The position numbers and the translations under genes are program-made. The notes beneath the pieces were generated by a model that did no database searches, was not told the DNA's origin, and saw only the letters and a program-made list of their open reading frames with translations. Below are positions 48,970 through 56,853 of a stretch of 64,000 nucleotides of DNA, in pieces; within the stretch, counting starts at the first letter, position 1, and every line of letters begins with the position of its first letter. The stretch is from an uncultured Fibrobacteria bacterium (GTDB lineage: Bacteria > Fibrobacterota > Fibrobacteria > UBA11236): assembly GCA_963716395.1 (NCBI GenBank), contig OY970309.1:992001-1056000 (forward strand), in the 5' to 3' direction.

Positions 48970-49761
48970 TCAATCTTGCCGTGATTTCTGAATGGCGCCG
49001 ACGAAATTCAAGGCCCAGGATCGCGGCGCCCATTGCGCCAAGGCGGCGCCCAGGCGGTTGGGCCACCCGTGAATGACCCGGCGGCGGCCGGCCAGCAAAG
49101 CGCGGCAGCCGGTTTCGGCCACGCGGTCGGCGCGGGCGCTGAAAAGGCGCGACCATACCGAGTCTTGAATCTTCGCCCGCCGGCCGAATTCGGTGCGGGT
49201 GAGACCGGGACACAGGGCCGTAACCGTCACGCCGGTGTTGCGCAGCTCGTAACTCAAGGCTTCGCTGAAAGAAAGCACGAAGGCCTTGCTGGCGTAGTAC
49301 ACCGCCATCTGCGGCCCGGGTTCGAAGGCGGCGGTGGAGGCTACGTTCAGCACCCGGCCCGAACCGGTCGTCAGGCGAGGCCGAAGAAACAGCCAGGTCA
49401 ATTCCATCAACGACACGATGTTGAGCTGCACCATTTCGGTTTGCTCGGCCAGCGGTAAAGCGGCGAAGCGGCCGCCCAGACCGAAGGCCGCGTTATTGAT
49501 CAGTATTTCGACGGGCAGTCCGAGATCCTCGACCCGCCGCCACAAAGCCGCCGCCGATCCCGGCGCGGAGAGGTCGGCATCGAGCACCCGCACTTCGATT
49601 TTTTCGGCGGACAGTTTATGCGCCAAGGCTTCGAGGCGGTCGCGACGCCGCGCGGTGACCACCAGATTGATACGACGCCGCGCCAGGCAATGGGCCAATT
49701 CCCAACCGATGCCGCTCGATGCTCCGGTAATCAAGCCCCAAGGATTCATGCTATCCCCCAT
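48970..49761 (-). CDS. Short-chain dehydrogenase/reductase
   Basis: ITGASSGIG, INNAAFG, YYASK, LCPG. Confidence 0.92.
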   Translation of the reverse strand: MGDSMNPWGLITGASSGIGWELAHCLARRRINLVVTARRRDRLEALAHKLSAEKIEVRVLDADLSAPGSAAALWRRVEDLGLPVEILINNAAFGLGGRFAALPLAEQTEMVQLNIVSLMELTWLFLRPRLTTGSGRVLNVASTAAFEPGPQMAVYYASKAFVLSFSEALSYELRNTGVTVTALCPGLTRTEFGRRAKIQDSVWSRLFSARADRVAETGCRALLAGRRRVIHGWPNRLGAALAQWAPRSWALNFVGAIQKSRQD

Positions 49762-49797
49762 GGGTAGTACTAAAGGGTACCTCTAACAATCGCATTC

Positions 49798-49813
49798 TCC
49801 GCCTACGGCGGAC
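49798..49813. repeat. REP-like hairpin copy
   Basis: tccgcctacggcggac in an intergenic spacer. Confidence 0.5.
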
Positions 49814-49982
49814 CGATTATTAGAGGCACCCTAAATAACAAATGGCCGGCTCGGGATTTTTTAATCCGGTTTGGTTGCCGGCGCGAAGTTCTTAGTAGAA
49901 TAAGACCTCCCGATTCGCAAGCGGATCCGGGATAGGGGCTGCGGCCATCACGGCCGCCAATTCCCCCCGTTAGGAGAGCAGG

Positions 49983-51182
49983 GTGTCGAATCTTTTTGCA
50001 TGGCGATCCTCGTCGCTGCATCGCTGGATTTTGGGATTCGGTTTGGCGGCGGCGCCGGTATTGGGCCACCCCAACGGAACTTCCAACACCACCATCCGGC
50101 TCGTCACTCCGGATTCCCTCGAAATGGCCATGAATGTGAATCACGACGATTTGATGAACGTCCTCGGCTTTCACGCCGGCATCCAATACGGTCGGCAAAT
50201 CACGGCGAAGCAAGCGGCCATATTCGACTCCGAAGCCCAGGATTATTTCCGCGCGCGCGTGCGCCTCAAGGTCGATGATCGCCTTCTCGATGGCTTGCAT
50301 GTGATTTCTTGGAAACCCGGGGGCAAAGGCCCGGCCGACGATTTCACCGACGATTCGGCCTACTTCTGGCGGGCGAATTTCGACATCACTTTGGCCGGGG
50401 TGCTGCCTCCTCACAGCCAAAACCTCAACGTCGCGGTGCAAATGTTCGCCGAATTCGGAATCCAGGCGATTTCGCGCGTCGCGCTATATTGGAAAGACAG
50501 CTTGGTGGAAGAGCATTGGATCGGCCTGGATCAGACCATCAACCTTCCCCTGAATCCCGACACCTTGAACGCCATGTTGAGGGCGCAAAAAATCAAACCG
50601 GAAAAAGTGGCGGCACCAAACGGAAATCTCACCGGGCACTTTCTCTTCTTGGGTTTTCAGCACGTTTTGACCAACGGGCTCGACTACATATTGTTCGTGT
50701 TGGGATTGTATTTCTTCGCAACGGGCCTGCGTCCGCTGCTCTTGCAATTCATCGCCTATTCCGCGGCGCTTTCATTGACTTTGTGGCTTTCGATGGCCGG
50801 GGCGCTTTCGTTGACGCCGCGCATCGTGGAACCATTGATGGCTCTTTCCATCGCCGTCGTCGGACTGGAAAACCTTTTCTTCCGCAAAGTTTCACTCTGG
50901 CGCTGGTGCATCGTGTTTGGTTTAGGCCTGGTGCATGGCCTGGGGTTGGCCGCGGCTTTGGGGCAATTGGGCGGGCCGGAGATCCAACTCGGGCCGACCT
51001 TGGCCGGCTTCAATGTGGGCGTGGAATTGGGGCTGCTCGCCGTGGTGGTTATCGCTTTGGCTTTGACGCGCTGGTTCTGGTCCAAGCCTTGGTATTTCAA
51101 ACGCATCGCCTTGCCCGCCAGCGCGGCGATCACCGTGGTGGCGCTGTATTGGGTGGTGCGGCGCACCATGGGTGCGCTTTAA
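49983..51182 (+). CDS. HupE/UreJ-like membrane protein with N-terminal periplasmic domain
   Basis: Signal peptide followed by His, [40 protein letters not shown]. Confidence 0.8.
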   Translation: MSNLFAWRSSSLHRWILGFGLAAAPVLGHPNGTSNTTIRLVTPDSLEMAMNVNHDDLMNVLGFHAGIQYGRQITAKQAAIFDSEAQDYFRARVRLKVDDRLLDGLHVISWKPGGKGPADDFTDDSAYFWRANFDITLAGVLPPHSQNLNVAVQMFAEFGIQAISRVALYWKDSLVEEHWIGLDQTINLPLNPDTLNAMLRAQKIKPEKVAAPNGNLTGHFLFLGFQHVLTNGLDYILFVLGLYFFATGLRPLLLQFIAYSAALSLTLWLSMAGALSLTPRIVEPLMALSIAVVGLENLFFRKVSLWRWCIVFGLGLVHGLGLAAALGQLGGPEIQLGPTLAGFNVGVELGLLAVVVIALALTRWFWSKPWYFKRIALPASAAITVVALYWVVRRTMGAL

Positions 51183-51229
51183 AGACCGTTTGTCCCGGAC
51201 TCGAATGCTATTTTTGTCTCTCGCGACGG

Positions 51230-51306
51230 GCACCAGTAGCTCAGCTGGATAGAGCGTCGGCCTCCGAAGCCGAAGGTCGCAGGTTCGACTCCTGTCTGGT
51301 GTACCA
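51230..51306 (+). tRNA. tRNA-Arg(CCG), CCA encoded
   Basis: GCACCAG/CTGGTGT acceptor stem, TCGGC-CTCCGAA-GCCGA anticodon arm. Confidence 0.96.
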
Positions 51307-51340
51307 GCCGTCCGTAAATTTCACTTCGGTTCCTCTTATT

Positions 51341-51418
51341 CAGCTTGGTGACGGTTGATCGCGGTTCAACCAATATTTCCCGTCTGATGAGCAGCCACTA
51401 TTTGCGAAACGAAAGCTG
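51341..51418 (+). ncRNA. Type III hammerhead-ribozyme-like element with non-canonical GUG cleavage triplet
   Basis: CTGATGA (51384-90), stem II GCAG/TTGC, GAAA (51406-09), stem III CAGCTT.GT with AC.AAAGCTG, stem I ACGG/CCGT. Confidence 0.55.
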
Positions 51419-51442
51419 CGTCATCCTTCCGATTCGGTCGGC

Positions 51443-51679
51443 TTACTTCCTCATCCACTTGGCCTCTATTTCGGGATTAAAACGCATTTTCCCATCCTTG
51501 TTCATGGACCAGACATCCATGATTTCCCTTTTGTTGCGGTAGATCGCGTTCTCGCCCGCCTCGGCAAGCTTCCGGCGGTTGATCCGTCGCAGAGCTCGGT
51601 TGTATAGCTGCTTATCGTCCTCTTCGGACCGCGCACAAGTGACCCCCATGACCGGGGACTTTCTGCGGGAACGACTCAT
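51443..51679 (-). CDS. Small basic hypothetical protein (MSRSRRKSP...WSMNKDGK)
   Basis: AGGAG SD 8 nt before ATG; Arg/Lys-rich, 78 aa; resembles from memory an uncharacterised MSRSRRKxP family. Confidence 0.7.
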   Translation of the reverse strand: MSRSRRKSPVMGVTCARSEEDDKQLYNRALRRINRRKLAEAGENAIYRNKREIMDVWSMNKDGKMRFNPEIEAKWMRK

Positions 51680-51702
51680 GTTGTTCACTCCTGGTTGGGT
51701 GA

Positions 51703-51723
51703 TTACAACATGGGTTCCTCCTT
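51703..51723 (-). promoter_or_regulatory. SD-preceded Met-Leu-stop minigene upstream of the small basic protein
   Basis: AAGGAGG-aaccc-ATG TTG TAA, ending 23 nt before the next ATG. Confidence 0.45.
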
Positions 51724-52080
51724 TTTATTCATCGCTTGCCGCCCGTCAACCTTCCAGAAATTTAAGCAACTGCGCGGTTGTGAACCTACCCAGTGGGAAG
51801 GCACCCGCCACGCCGACGGCGCTCTTTTATCCAAGCCTAAATGCCCCGCAACACTTTTTCGTTGTTGAGGTGGGAGAAGGTATGCGCCGCGCAATTGCTC
51901 CCGGCACGCAGGGCTTGCGATTCTCTTCCAGATTACGCCCGGCGTTTCTGCGTATTACCGTACCTCGCCGGTAGCAGGTCTAAGCCTCCGGCGCGAGCCT
52001 GTCACAAGCATTATGTCAACCGCCGGTTTCAGTCGCCTGCGACGACCCGGGCCGCCCGCGCGGGAAAGCTTTTTCTCTTT

Positions 52081-52484
52081 TCAACCGTGTTTTTTTAAAT
52101 ACCGCCGAACAAAGGCCGCCGGTTTCAAGATGTGGATTTCTCCGATCTTTTCCAGATCACCGAGATCACGATCTCCCGATATAACACAAGCCACGCGCGC
52201 CTCAAGCGCGCAACTCAGGAACTTGTCATCCTTTGGGTCACGACAAAGCTTGACCTCGTGTGGCGGCATAATGAGACGTGCTTTAGCATGGATGATGCGG
52301 ATCCACTCCTCAACCTTTTGCGGCCTTTGCCCAGGTCACGAAGGGTTGCCGCATTTTCCCAGACGATACCCGGGCTGGCCACCACTTCAAAACGACCTTC
52401 CTGCCACCCGATCAAAACGCGCTCGGGATTACCGCCCCAGAAGACGCCGGACACCAAAACGTTGGTATCAAGCACTACCAGCAC
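52081..52484 (-). pseudogene. PIN-family (VapC-like) toxin split by one frameshift near 52325
   Basis: N-half VVLDTNVLVSG and C-half CRDPKDDKFLSCA...ISGDRDL lie in different frames; joined length about 134 aa. Confidence 0.8.
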
Positions 52485-52737
52485 GACGCACTTTCTGGAT
52501 GGCCTTCTTCACGTCGCTGCGTTTCAGCCCGGCCCGCCGCGCATACTCGTGGCTGTCCCGTAAAAGCTTCTTAAAAGCGGTCATGCTGGGCGTGAGTACG
52601 GGCTTCATAAGCAGGTTATCCCCGTCGCTGAACACCATGAACTTTACTCCCTCCTCAAGACCCATTTGTTTGCGGATGTCTTGGGGGATGACGACTTGAC
52701 CGCGTGACGACATGCTGGTGAACTCCATTTGCGGCAT
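52468..52737 (-). CDS. AbrB/MazE/SpoVT-family antitoxin
   Basis: MSSRGQVVIPQDIRKQMGL; overlaps the PIN start. Confidence 0.88.
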   Translation of the reverse strand: MPQMEFTSMSSRGQVVIPQDIRKQMGLEEGVKFMVFSDGDNLLMKPVLTPSMTAFKKLLRDSHEYARRAGLKRSDVKKAIQKVRRAGSA

Positions 52738-52748
52738 AGAACCCTCCG

Positions 52749-52777
52749 ATAAGATTTTCTTATTAGTAAGTATACCA
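52749..52777 (-). promoter_or_regulatory. Toxin-antitoxin promoter/operator
   Basis: Extended -10 TGgTATACT followed by palindrome ATAAGA-N3-TCTTAT just before the GGAGG SD. Confidence 0.55.
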
Positions 52778-52810
52778 GCTTTTGAGGTTTCCGATCTGCC
52801 ATTTCACAAC

Positions 52811-52838
52811 CTCCCGCTCCGCCCTCGGCGGACGGGAG
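52811..52838. repeat. REP-like hairpin copy within a longer stem
   Basis: ctcccg-c-tccgccctcggcgga-cgggag. Confidence 0.5.
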
Positions 52839-52937
52839 GCCAGCCGCGGTATTACAAATACGGCGCATTTTGTATGCAGAGTCTGATTTCCTTATTTGGC
52901 CAAAACCAATCCATCAAAAACCAAATCTTTCGGACTT

Positions 52938-53453
52938 TTACAGCGCGCTTACAGTATTCGCCAAATCGATTTTTGGGTAGGTGTTTTTCAAGACCTCGTC
53001 TTGCGCTTGTTTCTCATCGACGATTTGCAAAAACTGCGGCATCGTCAGGAATGAACCGCGTCGTTGGACTGAAAACTTGAGCGCGCCGAGATAAACGCCC
53101 TTGCCTTTTTCCACCATAAAGGATTTCGAGTAAAGAACTATGACGCGCTGACCGGATTGGGTCATGTTCACGTTTTGCAAGGTGTAATGCCCGGGTTCGA
53201 CTTCCAAGACGAAATCATATTCCTTGGTTTTAAACGGCAGATAAAACCAATTCTTGGAAAATGCAAACGTTTTACCGGATTCCTGGTGCTTGAAATTAAG
53301 GTTTAACCCAGACGCCCCGGAAATATCACAGGTCACCTTGCCATAGATAAATGATCTTTCGGCTGTGTCGGAGTCGACGGGTAGGTCTTTGAGTTGGGGC
53401 GCACAGGCAAGCAGAAAAGCGAACAAGGAAAAGACCAGAATTTTTTTCTGCAT
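52938..53453 (-). CDS. Hypothetical lipoprotein
   Basis: Lipobox LLAC; VEPGHYTL...GVYLG beta-sandwich-like body; AT-rich. Confidence 0.7.
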   Translation of the reverse strand: MQKKILVFSLFAFLLACAPQLKDLPVDSDTAERSFIYGKVTCDISGASGLNLNFKHQESGKTFAFSKNWFYLPFKTKEYDFVLEVEPGHYTLQNVNMTQSGQRVIVLYSKSFMVEKGKGVYLGALKFSVQRRGSFLTMPQFLQIVDEKQAQDEVLKNTYPKIDLANTVSAL

Positions 53454-53492
53454 AAACTGAATAAATTGAAAACAAATTTTCCTATACCTTGA

Positions 53493-54029
53493 TCAATAGA
53501 TGTCCATGCTCGCTTCGATGCTTGGAAAATCCAGATTCTGATCGAACCGAGACGACAAATCGGTATAAGTTATGGTAATCTCTTGGTTTTTATTGAGGAT
53601 CAAAGCCTGTTTTATTTTGAGGGGATACCCCTGTGAAGTCGTCGTATAACTCATTTCGCCATAGGTGTTGCCATCCAAGGTTAAAATGGTGTCCGAATAA
53701 TTGCCCAAATCCAAAATTTGGGATTGTAATTGCACTTTCTCCGAATCCAAAGTGGATCTCCAATCAATCACCGCGCTTCCGGTATGCGGCTCAATGATGA
53801 TATTGACATTGGGAGAAAAATTCTGGCTGGCGGGGCCAAGAGCCACCAAATCGACATTCACGGTGCCATATTTCTGATCGAGCTTGAGTTGCCAATTGGA
53901 GGGGAATTGCAGGGATAGGCCGATGGCGCTGTTGGTGTATTTGTTATTCTGAATCGACCGGCTATCTATCGAATTGTCCACACAATTGAATAAAAACAGG
54001 GACAAAATAAATGCGGAAATAATTTTCAT
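53493..54029 (-). CDS. Hypothetical lipoprotein, PsbP/DcrB-like fold
   Basis: Lipobox LFNC; GLSLQFPSNW, FSPNVNI, ITITYT pattern; AT-rich. Confidence 0.65.
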   Translation of the reverse strand: MKIISAFILSLFLFNCVDNSIDSRSIQNNKYTNSAIGLSLQFPSNWQLKLDQKYGTVNVDLVALGPASQNFSPNVNIIIEPHTGSAVIDWRSTLDSEKVQLQSQILDLGNYSDTILTLDGNTYGEMSYTTTSQGYPLKIKQALILNKNQEITITYTDLSSRFDQNLDFPSIEASMDIY

Positions 54030-54614
54030 TCTAGGCGCCTCCGGTGATTTGAAATCGATTCTATCACAATTTGATCGCTTGATCGAACCTGGACTTAGTT
54101 TAAAAACTCGGCGCTCGCAACCGACTCCCGGCTACTGACTTGCGCTATTATTTGCTCGGACTCGATTTCCGGGAATCCGGTTCCGGTTGCTTCCGATGAA
54201 ACCGGACCGCTGTTGATTTGGAAATCCTTCCTTGCAGACGGCAGCGTCTACAAAGAGATTCGGGTGGATCCATTACAAGTTGAATTTTTATAACTTCAAA
54301 ATGCGCGGTGTTGGCGGTTTCATGGGTTCCGTATGTCGTGGTGAAAGACAATTTCATCAAGGCTGTTTACAAATACAATTTCTGAACCGGAAAATAATCC
54401 GGAACCCCTTGTCGCAAACATGTCGTTAAATGGTCGGCCTTGCGGTCGATTTGCCACGAGATCATCCAATTGTTTTTTTGAAGTCGCCGGTCGTCGACAC
54501 AAATCGGTTTGACGGTCCACCTGCAATTTGTGAAGTCGCGCACCGGAGCCTGGCCATCGCATTTCCAACGCGGGCGGGCTTTCTTATCAATTCGAAACAA
54601 AAGGGAGATTCAAG

Positions 54615-55715
54615 ATGTCTACAAAACCAAAATCAGACAGTTTTGATGCGAATCGTCGTAATTTCATGTTCGGAACCGGCGCGGCGCTTTTGGCCGGCGC
54701 TTTACTCCCCAGTGTAGCCGAGACGAAGACAAGCGGCGATTCCGGGCGCCTGATCACGGTCGCCCATCCCGACATGGACGGAGCCCTTAGAATCCACGAC
54801 AGCGTCGCGGCCGATGCCGCGCAATTACCGCCCCCGATTACCCGCGATCATTCCATGCATCATGACATCGAAATCGAAGCCATCCAGGTCGAAGCCAAAT
54901 TGGATGCCGATACGACCTTTAGTTTTATGACCTGGGATGGGCAAGTTCCCGGCCCGATGATACGGGTTCGGCAAGGCGACACGGTTGCTTTAACCGTCAA
55001 GAGCGCCAAAAACAATACGCGTCCCCATAATATCGACATGCACGCGATTTATGGAACCGGCGGAGGATCGAAAGCGACCATGGTCGGCCCCGGCCAAAGC
55101 CGAACCGAAAAGTTCAAATGCATGTATCCCGGCGCCTTCATCTACCACTGCGCGGTTCCCAATCTCGACGAACATATAAGTTCCGGCATGTTCGGAATGA
55201 TTCTTGTCGAACCTTACGGCGGGTTGCCGAAAGTCGATCGGGAATTTTACTTCGGGCAACATGAACTCTATACCAAGGAACCGTTTGGAACCAAAGGGAC
55301 CGTCCATTTCGACTATCCGTCGATGATGCAGGAACAACCCAACTACGTATTGCTGAACGGTGCGGTCGATGGCTACACCGATGGACGCTTCGGCCCGTTG
55401 AAAGCAAAGGTGGGCGAGACGATCCGTGTATTCATGGTTTGCGGCGGCCCCAATCTGACCTCAAGTTTCCACGCCATCGGTAATGTATGGAGCCGGTGCT
55501 GGCCTCAGGGCGCGCTGGCCAATGCCCCTTTGAAGTACGTGCAAACGCAGCCCGTTCCTCCGGGAAGTTGCTTTGTCGGTGATATGGACCTTCCGGTGCC
55601 GGAAACCATCAAGCTCGTCGATCACGCGCTGTCGCGTGTGGTTCGTAAGGGGCTGCTCGCCGAAATTCTGGTCGAAGGCAAGGAGAATCCGGAAATCTAT
55701 CAAGCGGAAGGGTGA
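54615..55715 (+). CDS. nirK: Copper-containing nitrite reductase with Tat signal
   Basis: RRNFM Tat motif; HNIDMH, YHC..(H)ISSGMFG, SSFHAIG and VDH supply the T1/T2 Cu ligands and catalytic Asp/His. Confidence 0.92.
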   Translation: MSTKPKSDSFDANRRNFMFGTGAALLAGALLPSVAETKTSGDSGRLITVAHPDMDGALRIHDSVAADAAQLPPPITRDHSMHHDIEIEAIQVEAKLDADTTFSFMTWDGQVPGPMIRVRQGDTVALTVKSAKNNTRPHNIDMHAIYGTGGGSKATMVGPGQSRTEKFKCMYPGAFIYHCAVPNLDEHISSGMFGMILVEPYGGLPKVDREFYFGQHELYTKEPFGTKGTVHFDYPSMMQEQPNYVLLNGAVDGYTDGRFGPLKAKVGETIRVFMVCGGPNLTSSFHAIGNVWSRCWPQGALANAPLKYVQTQPVPPGSCFVGDMDLPVPETIKLVDHALSRVVRKGLLAEILVEGKENPEIYQAEG

Positions 55716-56848
55716 GCAGGCGGAACGGTGAAATAAAACGTCGCGCCCTGATCCAGGGCGGCTTCGGCCCAAATGCGCCCGCCATGTCGGCGGATAATGC
55801 GCTGGACGAGGGACAATCCGACTCCCGTGCCTGCGAACTCGCGGGAGTTGTGCAAGCGTTGAAATACGCCGAAGAGGCGGTCGGCGTATTGCATATCGAA
55901 TCCGGCCCCGTTGTCGCGCACAAAATAGACCGGTCCATCGGCTTCTTTGCGGTTATCGTCTTCGCGGCACCCGATTTCGAGGACCGCTTGTTCTTTCTTC
56001 CCCGTGTACTTGAACGCGTTGGAAATCAGATTTTCCATAACCTGGCGCAACAGGGAAGGATCGCCCGAGCATGCTGGCAAATGCCCGACCGTGACGTCGA
56101 CTTTTCGCTGCGGGTTTTGCCGGCGAAAGTCATCGAGAATCGTGCCGGCCAATGCCGCCAAGTCCACCGATTTCCGGGAAATCGGCTGTCGGCCCAAGCG
56201 CGAAAATCGCAATAAATCCTCGATCAACTGCTCCATGCGTTGCGCGCCTTCGACCATGACGTTTACATAGCGTTGCGCTTCGGACGGCAGATCCGACGAA
56301 AAATTCTTGAGCAGCATTCCGGCATAGCCTTCGATATGGCGCAGCGGCGCCCGTAAATCATGCGACACCGAGTGCGAAAAAGCGTCGAGTTCCCGGTTGG
56401 CCGCTTCGAGTTCAGCCGTACGCTCGGCGACGCGCCGGGACAGGGTGGCATTTTCCCTGCGCAGGCGGCGCAAGGCCAGGGCGCGTTCGAGTACGGGGGC
56501 GATGGCGCTGAGCTTGAAAGGTTTCAGGATGTAATCGAGCGCGCCCGCTTTCATGGCCGCCACCGCCGTGTCGATGGTGCCGTGTCCCGTCATCAAAATC
56601 ACCACCAGATCCGGGTCGCAATCGAGGGCGGCGCGCAGTAGACTCAAACCGTCCATGCCCGGCATCATCAAATCGGTGAGCATCACGTCGAAGTGTTCGG
56701 CACGCAGAACCGCCAACGCCTCATGCGGCGACGTGAACCCCCGGGTCGCATAGCCTTCGTCCTGCAAAGTGATGCACAGCGCCTGCATCTGGGGCACCTC
56801 GTCGTCGACGATCAACAAGCGCGGCGTTGATGCGGATGATTCGTCCAT
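55700..56848 (-). CDS. Receiver domain + histidine kinase hybrid
   Basis: LIVDDE, TDLMMPG, YILKPF; SVSHDLRAPL, NLISNAFKY, DNGAGF, GTGVGL. Confidence 0.92.
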   Translation of the reverse strand: MDESSASTPRLLIVDDEVPQMQALCITLQDEGYATRGFTSPHEALAVLRAEHFDVMLTDLMMPGMDGLSLLRAALDCDPDLVVILMTGHGTIDTAVAAMKAGALDYILKPFKLSAIAPVLERALALRRLRRENATLSRRVAERTAELEAANRELDAFSHSVSHDLRAPLRHIEGYAGMLLKNFSSDLPSEAQRYVNVMVEGAQRMEQLIEDLLRFSRLGRQPISRKSVDLAALAGTILDDFRRQNPQRKVDVTVGHLPACSGDPSLLRQVMENLISNAFKYTGKKEQAVLEIGCREDDNRKEADGPVYFVRDNGAGFDMQYADRLFGVFQRLHNSREFAGTGVGLSLVQRIIRRHGGRIWAEAALDQGATFYFTVPPAHPSA

Positions 56849-56853
56849 AACCG

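Noticed and set aside
51384-51425. Type I hammerhead fold using GUC at 51420-51422 as the primary structure
   Set aside because: Stem I would have only 2 pairs and stem III only 3; the type III fold is better supported, so this is kept only as an alternative.
51703-51894. 63-aa ORF
   Set aside because: TTG start without a clear SD and no protein-like pattern; the strong SD sits at its last two codons.
52310-52340. Programmed -1 frameshift in the PIN toxin
   Set aside because: No in-frame X XXY YYZ slippery heptamer or clear downstream stimulator; a simple indel is more likely.
52841-52855. CAGCCGCGGTATTAC resembles the 16S rRNA 530-loop sequence
   Set aside because: Isolated 14/15 match with no flanking rRNA similarity; likely chance.
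54030-54614. FNR/DNR/NsrR boxes upstream of nirK
   Set aside because: Only half-sites (TTGAT or ATCAA) and loose palindromes; no full TTGAT-N4-ATCAA.
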